The position numbers and the translations under genes were made by a program. DNA of 64,000 nucleotides, from positions 7,469 through 71,468 of the forward strand of contig JACOND010000009.1 of assembly GCA_014323935.1 (NCBI GenBank), given 5' to 3'. This DNA comes from Bdellovibrionales bacterium. GTDB lineage: Bacteria; Bdellovibrionota; Bdellovibrionia; Bdellovibrionales; UBA1609. The first letter of the stretch is position 1; every line of letters begins with the position of its first letter. Below are positions 1-9,881 of the stretch, piece by piece. The notes beneath the pieces are model-generated. The model had not been told where the DNA came from. It did no database searches and saw nothing but the letters and a program-made list of their open reading frames with translations.

Positions 1-209
1 AAAGGAGTCAATTCAATTCTCCAATCTTTAGATTTAAAAAAAGGCAGATAATCCTTTTCTTTAAATTTTTCTTTTAAAGCAACATAAGCCATTCCTCTGT
101 ATAAAACTCCTGTAGAAAACCAAGGCCAACGTAACCTTTTAGAAAGCCTATAAGATAAAGTACTTTTTCCAGAAGAAGCTAAACCATCAACTGTAATAAT
201 TTTTTCCAT
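1..209 (-). CDS. cmk: cytidylate kinase, N-terminal part (runs off the window edge)
   Basis: Manual translation from ATG 209 gives MEKIITVDGLASSGKSTLSYRLSKRLRWPWFSTGVLYRGMAYV, with the P-loop and the TG.LYR motif of Cmk. Confidence 0.9.
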   Translation of the reverse strand, partial: MEKIITVDGLASSGKSTLSYRLSKRLRWPWFSTGVLYRGMAYVALKEKFKEKDYLPFFKSKDWRIELTP

Positions 210-251
210 CCTTATACAATTTTATCCTCTTTAAAGTTAAAAAACTAAATA

Positions 252-1235
252 TCAGAGCAAACTTAAGAAAACATCTTCATCAATATTAGCCCCTGAAATC
301 AAAACGCAACAGGTCTTTCCTAAATCCCAATCTTTCTGGTATTTTAAAGCCCCTACCAAAGCAGTGGCTCCCGAACCTTCTACTTTTTGACCTGTCTGCT
401 CTTTTATTTCTACAATAGCCTCTGAGATTTCTTTTTCACTCACACAACAAATACCATCTACATATTGAAAACAAAAATCAAGAATTTCTGGGGAACTTTT
501 TTTAACAGCAATCCCATCTGTCAAACCACTTTTTGAAGATCTCATGAAAAGATTTTTTTCACATAAACAATTTTGTCCCTCTCTTATTTTATTGAATTTT
601 TTACAAAAATCAGGAGTCCCCTCCCAAGTCACTCCATAAATTTTTAAAGAAGGTTTAAGATGTTTAAGAGCTAAAGAGACTCCTGAAAGCAAGCCTCCTC
701 CTCCAACAGGAATAACAACAGAGTCTAAATCAGGTAGCTCCTCAAAAAGTTCAAGTCCTATGGTCCCTTGTCCTGCAATTACATGAGTATCTGCAAAAGG
801 GTGAATAAAAATAGAATCTCCTCCTATAGACAAAGCATATTCATAACTTTCATCATAAGTTTTTCCTTTTAAAATAATTTCAGCTCCTAGTTTTTTTGTC
901 TCTAAAATTTTAACTTTAGAAGCCGTTTCCATCATAACCACACGAAATTTAATATTGAAAAGCTGAGCCGCTAAGGCAACTCCTTGAGCATGATTTCCTG
1001 CAGAAGCAGCGATTAAACCACGAGCTTTTTCCTCTTTTGTAAGAGAGAGAATTTTATTTAAAGCTCCACGAATTTTAAAACTCTTAGTTTTCTGTTCACT
1101 TTCCCACTTCAAAAAAAGAGAAAGACCTAATTGCCGGCTCCCATAATTATAGGAAGACAAACGGGTTTTTTTAATATAAGGACTTAAACGTTTTTTTGCT
1201 AATTGAATATCTTGAAAACATGTTTGTATCTTCAT
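252..1235 (-). CDS. ilvA: PLP-dependent threonine/serine ammonia-lyase (short form, no C-terminal ACT domains)
   Basis: SFKIRGA PLP-lysine motif, ASAGNHAQG, PVGGGGLLSG and ISGAN. Confidence 0.88.
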   Translation of the reverse strand: MKIQTCFQDIQLAKKRLSPYIKKTRLSSYNYGSRQLGLSLFLKWESEQKTKSFKIRGALNKILSLTKEEKARGLIAASAGNHAQGVALAAQLFNIKFRVVMMETASKVKILETKKLGAEIILKGKTYDESYEYALSIGGDSIFIHPFADTHVIAGQGTIGLELFEELPDLDSVVIPVGGGGLLSGVSLALKHLKPSLKIYGVTWEGTPDFCKKFNKIREGQNCLCEKNLFMRSSKSGLTDGIAVKKSSPEILDFCFQYVDGICCVSEKEISEAIVEIKEQTGQKVEGSGATALVGALKYQKDWDLGKTCCVLISGANIDEDVFLSLL

Positions 1236-1246
1236 AATAAACTTTT

Positions 1247-1990
1247 TTAACAGCTTTTAATTTGTTTATAAATTCCATAAAAAGAATGAGGATTTACAGA
1301 TTCAGAACCTATTAAAAAACCATCTAATTTATCACAAGATAAACTCAAAGCATTTTCTAAAGACACACTTCCTCCATAAAAAACTTTAACTGTAGGAAAG
1401 TCTTCCTTAATTAAGCTAATAACATCTTCTAATTCACTTACAGAGGGAATTTCCCCTGTGCCAATAGACCAAAGAGGTTCATAAGCAACAATGAAAGAGA
1501 GATCTTTAAAATCGGGAGGTAGCTTTTCGGGGTGAAAAGGAAGTTTTTCATACTTATTGTATTGTTTAATCCAAGACAGTTTTTTAATCAAAACCTTATT
1601 TTTTTGAAATCGCTCCGATAAAGATTCCCCTATACAAAGCACAGGAATTAAAGCCTGCTCTTGAACGAGAGAAAATTTTTTTTCAATATCCACATCTGTC
1701 TCACCAAAAATATATCTTCTCTCACTATGTCCTAACAAACAAAAAGTGGCTCCCATTTCTTTAAAGAGCTGAACAGAATTTTCCCCTGTTAAAGCTCCTT
1801 TTATTTTCTGATAAATATTTTGAGATCCCCAATAAAACTTTTCTTTCTCAAAAATTAAAGATAAAGGAGCGGGAGGAAAAAAAATAAAGCTATCTTTATC
1901 TTCTTTTTTAACAAGTTTATTAAATTCCAAAAGAAAAGAAAGGGCTTGTTGATAACCCATATTCATTTTCCAGTTTCCTGCTATCAACAT
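1247..1990 (-). CDS. tpiA: triosephosphate isomerase
   Basis: AGNWKMN, GHSERR, AYEPLWSIGTG and YGGSV motifs. Confidence 0.95.
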   Translation of the reverse strand: MLIAGNWKMNMGYQQALSFLLEFNKLVKKEDKDSFIFFPPAPLSLIFEKEKFYWGSQNIYQKIKGALTGENSVQLFKEMGATFCLLGHSERRYIFGETDVDIEKKFSLVQEQALIPVLCIGESLSERFQKNKVLIKKLSWIKQYNKYEKLPFHPEKLPPDFKDLSFIVAYEPLWSIGTGEIPSVSELEDVISLIKEDFPTVKVFYGGSVSLENALSLSCDKLDGFLIGSESVNPHSFYGIYKQIKSC

Positions 1991-2050
1991 ATTATCTAAA
2001 AATTATCATAAAGTTTTTTTTTGTCAAATTGAACCATCTCTTAAAAAGCC

Positions 2051-3802
2051 TTAATTTAAAAACTTAGTTAAAAAAAAATTAGATTCTAAATCTGATAAAT
2101 TCACTTTATGTTTTTCTCCGGTTTTACGAACAAAAATTTCTATCTGATTGTTTTCTAAATCTCTTAGTCCTAAATTGACTCTTAAAGGTAAACCTATTAA
2201 ATCGGCATCTTTAAATTTAACACCGGGTCTTTCTTTTCTATTATCAATAAAATAATCTAAAGACTGCTTATCTAAAATAGAAATCAGCTTTTCTTGAGCT
2301 TTTGAAATCCTAGAATTTTCTTCTCCATCAATCAAACAGATGTGGACAGCAAAAGGAGCTATACAAAAAGGCCATAGGATTCCCTTGTCATCATGTTTTT
2401 GTTCAATAATAGCTTGTAAAGTCCTTGTGACACCCAGGCCATAACAACCCATTTTTACAAATTGCTTTTTTCCTTTTTTATCTAAATAACTTAAACCCAT
2501 CTTTTTAGAATACTCATCCCCGAGATAAAATAAATGTCCCACTTCAATTCCTCTGTACTTTTTAAAGGAAAAGCCTTGAGGACTCAGATCTCTTTCCCTT
2601 GCAAAACAAAAGTCTCCAAAAGCCTTGACCTTGAAATCTCTATCTATGTTCACATTCTTAAAATGAAACCCCTCTTCATTGGCTCCTGTTATAAAATTTC
2701 TTTTTCCTTTTAAATAATTGTCTAAATAAATAGGAACTTCTATTTTTAACTTATGAGGTCCGCAACTTCCCGGCTCCACTCCTGTTATCTTATAAACAGC
2801 TTCTTTATCTGCTAAAATCGGTTGTTCTTTTAAACAAAGTTCTTTTTTCACTTTAAAAAGACTCACTTCATCATCCCCCAAGCATAACACAGCAAAAGCT
2901 TTATTTTTTAAGCTCGCTTGATTTTGATCTTGATTTATAAAAAATAAAATTTTTATGAGTTCCTTACTTTCAATAGATAAAAAATGAGCCAACTGATCAA
3001 TGGTTTTAATATGAGGGGTTGCAAACTTTTCCATTTTTTTTAACTCAGGAGTTGAACTTTGAGTTTTTTTTGCATCTTGACGAGGGCAAATTTCAATATT
3101 TGCAGACATATCTTGACTCACTAAAAGTTCATCTTCACCAGCTTTTGCTAAAATATGGAATTCTTCTGAATGATTTCCTCCGATAGCTCCTGAATCGGCT
3201 TTGACGACAACATAATCCACTTCGAGTTGATTAAAAATATTTTGATAAGCTTGAAACATTTTTTGATAAGATTGAAAAGCCGTCTCAAAACAAGTATCAA
3301 AACTGTAGGCATCCTTCATTAAAAATTCCCTCGCTCTCATTAAACCAAAACGAGGACGAATTTCATCTCTGTATTTTGTTTGTATTTGATACAAATTCAA
3401 AGGCATATCTCTCCAACTGCTTAATCCCGGTTTAACAAAATTAATAATCAGTTCTTCATGAGTGGGTCCTAAACACAGCTTTGCCCCTGTACGACTTTCC
3501 ATTTTTAAAAGCAAACCTTCAAATTTATTCCAACGTCCTGACTCCTCCCAAATCTCTTTACTTTGAACCATCGGCATCAATATCTCTCTTGCCTGATTTT
3601 TTTCTAACTCTTTTTTAATAAGATTTGAGAGCTTTTGAAGGGAACGTAAAAACAAAGTATTATACACATAAATCCCTTGACTGCTCATAGAGATCAAGCC
3701 AGATCTTAATAGTAAAATATGACTTGAAATGTGAGCTCCTGAGGGAACTTCTTTAAGAGTTTTTAAATAAATTTCAGACCACTTCATAATTCTTTCAAAC
3801 AA
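2051..3802 (-). CDS. proS: proline--tRNA ligase (bacterial type with editing domain)
   Basis: LGPTHEE, YRDEIRPRFGLMRAREFLMKDAYSF, MGCYGLG and GVKFKDADLIG. Confidence 0.97.
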   Translation of the reverse strand: MFERIMKWSEIYLKTLKEVPSGAHISSHILLLRSGLISMSSQGIYVYNTLFLRSLQKLSNLIKKELEKNQAREILMPMVQSKEIWEESGRWNKFEGLLLKMESRTGAKLCLGPTHEELIINFVKPGLSSWRDMPLNLYQIQTKYRDEIRPRFGLMRAREFLMKDAYSFDTCFETAFQSYQKMFQAYQNIFNQLEVDYVVVKADSGAIGGNHSEEFHILAKAGEDELLVSQDMSANIEICPRQDAKKTQSSTPELKKMEKFATPHIKTIDQLAHFLSIESKELIKILFFINQDQNQASLKNKAFAVLCLGDDEVSLFKVKKELCLKEQPILADKEAVYKITGVEPGSCGPHKLKIEVPIYLDNYLKGKRNFITGANEEGFHFKNVNIDRDFKVKAFGDFCFARERDLSPQGFSFKKYRGIEVGHLFYLGDEYSKKMGLSYLDKKGKKQFVKMGCYGLGVTRTLQAIIEQKHDDKGILWPFCIAPFAVHICLIDGEENSRISKAQEKLISILDKQSLDYFIDNRKERPGVKFKDADLIGLPLRVNLGLRDLENNQIEIFVRKTGEKHKVNLSDLESNFFLTKFLN

Positions 3803-3810
3803 AAAAAGCT

Positions 3811-4245
3811 TTATTTTTTTATACCCTTCCTGTTTTTTTGGTAAAAAGCGTTGAAGTCTAACATTTTTAAAATCGCACCCACTCCTTGTTTAGCTCTTAA
3901 AATTCGATCTTGAAATTGATCTCTTTTTTCTAAAAGTAATACAGAAAACACAATGGGAACAAAGTAAGTTTTTTGTAAATCCCATAAAGCGATTTGTAAA
4001 AAATTTTGGAGAAAATTAAAATGGGCCGTTTTCCCTCTAATAATCACTCCTAAAGCTAAAACCGCATCTGCCTGTTTTTGATCTAAAATTAAATTTATAG
4101 CTTGAGGAATTTCACAAGCTCCCGGAACCGACAAACTAAAAAATTTAGGCCCTTGAACACGCTTTTTTAATTCTTTGAGAGCAGATTGATACAGCTGTTC
4201 AACTAAATCTTTATTAAATTCTGATTTAACAATACAAATTGTCAC
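3811..4245 (-). CDS. ribH: 6,7-dimethyl-8-ribityllumazine synthase
   Basis: SEFN, VPGACEIP and ALGVIIRGKTAHF; GTG start. Confidence 0.9.
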   Translation of the reverse strand: MTICIVKSEFNKDLVEQLYQSALKELKKRVQGPKFFSLSVPGACEIPQAINLILDQKQADAVLALGVIIRGKTAHFNFLQNFLQIALWDLQKTYFVPIVFSVLLLEKRDQFQDRILRAKQGVGAILKMLDFNAFYQKNRKGIKK

Positions 4246-4271
4246 ATTTTAACCCTAACTAAAAATACAGT

Positions 4272-5711
4272 TCAATAGGATAGGCGAGTTTGTTTTAATT
4301 CCTGTAAAACCAATTCTGTAGAATCAATCCACTGGTAAGCATTTAAAAAAGTATCATCAACTTCAATGGCTTTTTTAAAATAAGTTAAGGCCGAAGCATA
4401 ATCCTTTTGATTATAAAGAGCAATCCCTAAATTCAAATAAACGTTTTCTAATTGATTGCTAAAGGGAGCTTTCAACTTTTCCTCTTCCTCAGAGATTGTA
4501 TGAAAATTAGCCTCAAAGTCTTTCTTTTGCTGAGCTAAGAGTTTTTTATATTTTTCAATACTTTCTATGGTTTCTTTAATGTCTTTGAATGTTAGAATTT
4601 TTTTTAAAACCTCTTCTGCCTCTTTCCATTTTTCTTCTTGTAAAAGTCTTTGCCCATATCTAATAAAAAAATTCGAATCTTTAGCGAGTTTAGAAGCTTT
4701 TTTAAAATACTCTAAAGCTTTGTCTCCTTCTCTTGCTTGGTAAAAAACTTCAGCTAAAAACTCCAAATACTTTTTCTTAAAGGGAACTTGTTTTGTGTTT
4801 ATTTTTTCTTCTAAAAAACGAGCGGATTGATAAGGCAGTCCCTGATCAACGTAAAGAGAGGCTAAATTAAAGAACTCCGTTTCCTTATTTAAATGTCCCA
4901 TTTTGTAAGCCATCTCTAAAGTGATAAAAGCTTTTTTATAATCATTTAAATGCAAATAAATTCCCACAAGCTGTCTCCAATGATTCGCCTTTTGAGGGAA
5001 CAAAGCGACTAACTTTTCTAAATACGGCTGGGCTTTTTTATACTTATTTTTTTTAACATAAATAGATATCACAAAATTTAACCAATTTTCCTTTGGTTTT
5101 AAACTCAAAGACAAAACATATTCCACATATTTTAAAGCTTGATTTAACTGGTTTCTGTTATAATAAATATAGGCTAACAACACATAAGCTGGAAGATGAG
5201 GATTTTCATTAATAGAAAACCATTCCATTAAAACAGACTCTCCTTTTCTAATCTTATTTTCATCAATGTAAATTTCAGCTAACAGGAATAAAAGAGAAAG
5301 ATGCTTGTTATAAGCTAAAACTTCAAAATCTAAGGCTTTTTGCAAAAATTCTAAAGCTTTTCTATTATTTCCTTTCAATTTATAAGTTGTAGCTAAATGG
5401 AAAGCTAAATCTGCTCTTTCGATTTGACTGAGTCGATCAGCTCTATCATAATGATATTTTAAAAAATCAATCGCTTCGTCATATTTCTTATTTTCAGATA
5501 AAGATTCAGCTCTCAAAATATAATCTCCTATTTTGTCCGAAATTAAAAAACCCCCTCTTTTTTTAATTTTTTCCATTAATTCTAGGTTTAATTTGACAGG
5601 TCGGAGATCTTTAACAGTCTTTTGAGAATTTTCCTTTTTAGCAAAAGAATCTAAAACAAACATTGAATTTGATAGAAGAAGAAAAGTGATTTGTAAAAAT
5701 TTTAATTTCAT
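4272..5711 (-). CDS. exported tetratricopeptide repeat protein (TtpD-like)
   Basis: Signal peptide and multiple TPR-like helical repeats (e.g. YLNLGIALYNQKDYASALTYFKKAIE); lies directly after tonB. Confidence 0.8.
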   Translation of the reverse strand: MKLKFLQITFLLLSNSMFVLDSFAKKENSQKTVKDLRPVKLNLELMEKIKKRGGFLISDKIGDYILRAESLSENKKYDEAIDFLKYHYDRADRLSQIERADLAFHLATTYKLKGNNRKALEFLQKALDFEVLAYNKHLSLLFLLAEIYIDENKIRKGESVLMEWFSINENPHLPAYVLLAYIYYNRNQLNQALKYVEYVLSLSLKPKENWLNFVISIYVKKNKYKKAQPYLEKLVALFPQKANHWRQLVGIYLHLNDYKKAFITLEMAYKMGHLNKETEFFNLASLYVDQGLPYQSARFLEEKINTKQVPFKKKYLEFLAEVFYQAREGDKALEYFKKASKLAKDSNFFIRYGQRLLQEEKWKEAEEVLKKILTFKDIKETIESIEKYKKLLAQQKKDFEANFHTISEEEEKLKAPFSNQLENVYLNLGIALYNQKDYASALTYFKKAIEVDDTFLNAYQWIDSTELVLQELKQTRLSY

Positions 5712-5850
5712 CTTTAAAGATGATACACTATTTAAAAAAAAATAAAAACAAAAAAGATCATTTAGTGAAAATAAGTTCAGTTATAAGCTTGAAGGTTTTG
5801 AAATCATAGTTTTTTAGCCTTATCTTATAGATAGAAAAGATAAATTTTTA

Positions 5851-6522
5851 TCAATCATCTACCAAACTGAAATCTAGTCTTACTTTCAAATCATACTGAG
5901 CAATAGGTTTTCCATTTTCTAATTTAGGTTTATACTTCCATTTTTTTAAAGCTTGAATCGCACTGGAATTAAAAATTTGAAGAGGATTCGCCTCTAAAAT
6001 AGAAATATTATCCGTTTCACCCGTTTTAGTAATATCAAATTGTAAAAGAACAAAACCTTCGATATTTTGCATAGCGGCTCTGCGAGGATAGATAGGATTC
6101 ACTCTAAAAACAGGAGTCGCTGACTTATTTTTACTTCCCATGTCAGAAACACCTGCTCCTGTTTGATCCGATTGAAAATCATCTGGTAAATCTAATTCCG
6201 GAAGCTCAGAAGACATATCGGGCTTTTGAATTTCAGTTTGCTTTATTTTTAACTTAGGAATTTCAGGGGGAGTTTTTGAATCTTTTGGTTTTTCTGGTCT
6301 TCGACGAGAACGAAGTTCTAGGTCATCAAGAGATTCATTTAATAAAAAATTAATACTCACATCTCCCTCTTTGTTATCATGTAAATTGGTTCCACTAGAA
6401 ATTAAAATAGACATAAAGTAAAAAACAAAAACACTTATCAAAACAGAAAAACAAAAAAGAACAAATATATTTTTTTTTGAAGAAAAAAACTTAAAAGATA
6501 AGTAGGATTTTTCTTTTTTCAT
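5851..6522 (-). CDS. tonB: energy transducer TonB
   Basis: N-terminal TM, Pro/Lys-rich linker and C-terminal domain PIYPRRAAMQNIEGFVLLQFDI...ALKKWKYKP. Confidence 0.92.
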   Translation of the reverse strand: MKKEKSYLSFKFFSSKKNIFVLFCFSVLISVFVFYFMSILISSGTNLHDNKEGDVSINFLLNESLDDLELRSRRRPEKPKDSKTPPEIPKLKIKQTEIQKPDMSSELPELDLPDDFQSDQTGAGVSDMGSKNKSATPVFRVNPIYPRRAAMQNIEGFVLLQFDITKTGETDNISILEANPLQIFNSSAIQALKKWKYKPKLENGKPIAQYDLKVRLDFSLVDD

Positions 6523-6525
6523 ATC

Positions 6526-6942
6526 TTAATTGCTATGAGAAGTGGCAACTGAAATATTTTTTACACCCGCTGAGCGAATCTGATCCATCACTTGAATCAA
6601 AAGTCCCGTTTCTGAAGCTTTATCGGCTTGAATCACAACAGAACCTTCAGGGCTTTCTGCGTGAAGTTTCTCAATGTTAGGTCTAACAGACTCTAATTCA
6701 ATTCTTCTTCTTTGTAAAAAGATTTGCCCTTTGTTATTTATAGCTATAAAAATACTCGCTCTTTCTTGCTTTGTAGCTGTCATTGCATTAGGACGACTCA
6801 CTTCTATTCCTGATTCTTTAACAAAAGAAGTTGTCACAATAAAGAAAATAAGCATTATAAAAATCACATCTAACATAGGAGTTAGATTAATCTCATTTTC
6901 TTGTTCTACCGATTTTGTATTTAATCTCTGTTTCATAGACAC
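6526..6942 (-). CDS. exbD: biopolymer transport protein ExbD
   Basis: EINLTPMLDVIFIMLIFFIVT and VVIQADK. Confidence 0.93.
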   Translation of the reverse strand: MSMKQRLNTKSVEQENEINLTPMLDVIFIMLIFFIVTTSFVKESGIEVSRPNAMTATKQERASIFIAINNKGQIFLQRRRIELESVRPNIEKLHAESPEGSVVIQADKASETGLLIQVMDQIRSAGVKNISVATSHSN

Positions 6943-7446
6943 CTAAAATTTAAGAGAAGAAACTATTTTTTCTTTTTCTCTCTTTCCTTTTTTTTCAAAA
7001 TAAGAACTAAAATACATGCCAATCAAAGCTGTCACCAAACCTGCCATAGTAGGTATAACAGCTAAGGATATCCCACTTGCCATCAGTCTTGGATTCCCTG
7101 TTCCTGAAAAAGAGAGGATATCAAAAATAGAAATCATACCTGTCACAGTTCCAAGCAAACCCAAAAGAGGCGAAATTAAGACGATTGTTTTAATAGAAGA
7201 CACAAAACGAAACATATCCCTTGTGAGTTTAGAAAGTTCTTCGTCCCTTATTTTTAAAGCAAACCAACTTTTCTTATCTTCTCTGTTTAACCAAGAGGAT
7301 TGAACCTTCCTTTTTTTCTCAGGAAAAATCCTATAAAAATAATAAAACCTTTCCAAAACCAAATAGCAAAGGCTTATAAGGCTGAAAAAAATAAACCATA
7401 AAACTTTTCCCCCAGAAGATAAAAAATCACTGACTTGCTCTAACAT
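6943..7446 (-). CDS. exbB: MotA/TolQ/ExbB proton channel protein (short ExbB2-like)
   Basis: PLLGLLGTVTGMI and MASGISLAVIPTMAGLV. Confidence 0.9.
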   Translation of the reverse strand: MLEQVSDFLSSGGKVLWFIFFSLISLCYLVLERFYYFYRIFPEKKRKVQSSWLNREDKKSWFALKIRDEELSKLTRDMFRFVSSIKTIVLISPLLGLLGTVTGMISIFDILSFSGTGNPRLMASGISLAVIPTMAGLVTALIGMYFSSYFEKKGKREKEKIVSSLKF

Positions 7447-7450
7447 ATTT

Positions 7451-8947
7451 TCACTGGGATTTGTTGTATTTCCTTGATAACAAACCTAAGGATTCTTCTT
7501 CAAAAATTTGAATCAAACGGTTCGCTTTTATTAATAAAAAATTATGTATAAAAATAAGAGGGATAGCTACAACTAAACCTAAAGCTGTTGTAACTAAAGC
7601 CTGAGAAATACCCCCTGCCATCAATTTAGGATCTCCTGTCCCAAATAAAGTAATGCTTTGAAAAGTTGTAATCATACCTATGACTGTTCCTAAAAGACCT
7701 AGTAAAGGAGCTAAGCTAGAGAGCAATTTAATAGTACCAAGACCTTTTTTAGTAGAAGAGCTTTGTTGTAAGATAGCCTCTTCCATTTTAAGCTCTAAAA
7801 TATCTTGTTTCTCCTCTTTAAAATTTACAAAAGTTTGCATGATCTCACCTAAAGGATTATTTTTTAAAGTCTGTTTAGATTGTTTTTGCAAATTCAAAAG
7901 CTTTTCTTGATGGAATAAATACCAATACTTTTTACCACATAAAAAAAGACCACAAAGAAGAAGAAATACAATAAGGTATCCTACAAAGCCTCCTTGAGCC
8001 AGTCGCTCTAAAGGGGAAGGAGTTTGTATAAGTAAAGAAAGTAAACTTCCTCTTGAAGGATCGATTCCAAATTTATAGATACTATCTTTTGAAGCTTTTT
8101 CTAGTTTTTTAGCTAAAGACAAAAAACGCCGGCGAGGCTGTTTTACCAGCTCCACAACTCTTTGTGTATCACTATCAAAAACAAAATACTTCCCCTTAGA
8201 AATTAAATTAAAACTTCCAATACGAATCAGCTCTTCTTCCCTAGATTCTCCGTCTGCAAAAACAAGCTCTTGTTTAAAACGAGTCACTTGACCTGACTCT
8301 GTCATTTCCTGTTGCATTAAAAACCAAAGTTTTTCTAGATCCTGCGTATCTGGTAAATTCTTTTTATCATTTATTTTTTTTATAAACTTATGTCGACCGG
8401 GATATTCTGCAGAAATCACAGAATTCATAAATAAAGACCTCAATTCTCCTGAGCTTTGTTTAACGACGCCAAAGAGTTCTCCTAAAGCTCCTATCACAAG
8501 GGCAAGTTTATCTTCTAACTGCTTTAAATCTTGATCGTTTTTTTCAAATTGATTTTGTAAAAGAACTAAACGTTTTTCTTCTTCTTGTAAATCTTGATTG
8601 GCTTTGAGTAAAAGAGCTTTTTGTTGACTTCGAGCTTTTAAAAACAACTCTTCTCTTCGTCTCAATTCAGGAGAATTTTCCACCTGATCCTTTTTAACTT
8701 TTTGCAGTAATTCTTCTAAACTGCTAACTTGATAAGAGGACTTATCTTCTAAACTTTCTTTTTGTTGTTCTTTTGTTTTTTTAGAGTTATTAGAAGATTC
8801 CTCCTGGTTTTTCTTTGCTTTTTTTTCATTTTGACTAGCTACTTTAAAAGTTTTTTTTACAGGAGAAAAAGAATTAATAAAAGGCTTAACCTGCTCTATC
8901 AGAGATAAAAAAAGAAATACAAAAAAAACATATAAAAAATGGTTCAT
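7451..8947 (-). CDS. TtpC-like protein: long periplasmic coiled-coil plus MotA/TolQ/ExbB C-terminal domain
   Basis: LWFLMQQEMTESGQV, RIGSFNL, IDPSRG and APLLGLLGTVIGMI...MAGGISQALVTTALGL. Confidence 0.88.
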   Translation of the reverse strand: MNHFLYVFFVFLFLSLIEQVKPFINSFSPVKKTFKVASQNEKKAKKNQEESSNNSKKTKEQQKESLEDKSSYQVSSLEELLQKVKKDQVENSPELRRREELFLKARSQQKALLLKANQDLQEEEKRLVLLQNQFEKNDQDLKQLEDKLALVIGALGELFGVVKQSSGELRSLFMNSVISAEYPGRHKFIKKINDKKNLPDTQDLEKLWFLMQQEMTESGQVTRFKQELVFADGESREEELIRIGSFNLISKGKYFVFDSDTQRVVELVKQPRRRFLSLAKKLEKASKDSIYKFGIDPSRGSLLSLLIQTPSPLERLAQGGFVGYLIVFLLLCGLFLCGKKYWYLFHQEKLLNLQKQSKQTLKNNPLGEIMQTFVNFKEEKQDILELKMEEAILQQSSSTKKGLGTIKLLSSLAPLLGLLGTVIGMITTFQSITLFGTGDPKLMAGGISQALVTTALGLVVAIPLIFIHNFLLIKANRLIQIFEEESLGLLSRKYNKSQ

Positions 8948-8959
8948 CTCTACCTTTTT

Positions 8960-9751
8960 TTAACTCTTTGATAAGAGGTTTGCAGGAAAGAAAATGGGCA
9001 TTTTTATCAAATCCGGAGGCACTTGTTTTTTAGCTATTTTAATAGCTTTTAAAATTGATTTTTTATAAGATTTTGGTAGCTTTTTCCACTGTTTTGTTTT
9101 TTTATCCCAATACCCCATATAACGACCATCTAAACTGATATAAATAAAAGCCAAACGTCCTAAACGAAGATAATTGACAGTTAATTCTTTTCCCTCCTCC
9201 ATTTTTCTTAGTTCCCTATAAGTTTGTAAAGTCCTACCATAATCTTGCTCGAGCTTATAAGCTGAAATAATTTGACGGTATTTTTCACTCACAGAAACAT
9301 CTGATCTCCTTAAAATTTGCTTCAAATCATAAATTCGTCGCTTTCTTTCAGTAAGCAAAAAAGGAACATCTAAATTAATAAACTGTTCAAGAGCATCCAA
9401 CATTTTAAGCATAAGAGGAACAATGTCTTGACGGGTGTCTTTAACTTGCTCTATTTTTCTTCTTATATCTAACATTTCTTCTTGCTGAGATTCAATGTAA
9501 GAAGCCAATTGCTCATTGTAAATTTTTAAGCTCTCCGTTTTTTTTAAAGCTCTTCGATACTGATTGAGCATCTGTTTCGTCTCATCATCCCATTGATTGA
9601 TTTTTTTCTGAGAATTTCTAGATTCTTGATGGATTTGATTTGTAATTTCTTTAACCTGATTTAGTTTTTCAAGGGTTTTATCTGCAAAACTTATTTTAAT
9701 ACTTAATAAAAAAGAAAAAAGAAAAAAGAAAATTTTTGTTTGAAATAACAT
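8960..9751 (-). CDS. DUF3450 family protein (TtpB-like)
   Basis: Signal peptide, coiled coil, PLMLKMLDALEQFINLDVPF, EKYRQI...EQDYG and LRLGRLA; first gene of the TonB cluster. Confidence 0.85.
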   Translation of the reverse strand: MLFQTKIFFFLFSFLLSIKISFADKTLEKLNQVKEITNQIHQESRNSQKKINQWDDETKQMLNQYRRALKKTESLKIYNEQLASYIESQQEEMLDIRRKIEQVKDTRQDIVPLMLKMLDALEQFINLDVPFLLTERKRRIYDLKQILRRSDVSVSEKYRQIISAYKLEQDYGRTLQTYRELRKMEEGKELTVNYLRLGRLAFIYISLDGRYMGYWDKKTKQWKKLPKSYKKSILKAIKIAKKQVPPDLIKMPIFFPANLLSKS

Positions 9752-9794
9752 AGCAACTAAGACGAATAGTAAATTTTATTTAGAAAGTCAATTC

Positions 9795-9828
9795 TTTTAA
9801 GATAAAAAAGCTTTTTTTTATCTTAAAA
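9795..9828. promoter_or_regulatory. perfect 15-bp inverted repeat between divergent genes
   Basis: TTTTAAGATAAAAAA-GCTT-TTTTTTATCTTAAAA. It is very AT-rich, so function is uncertain. Confidence 0.4.
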
Positions 9829-9881
9829 ATAAGAAAAAATCTGGACGAATCTTACTTTATAAACTATATTGTAATTTATTT

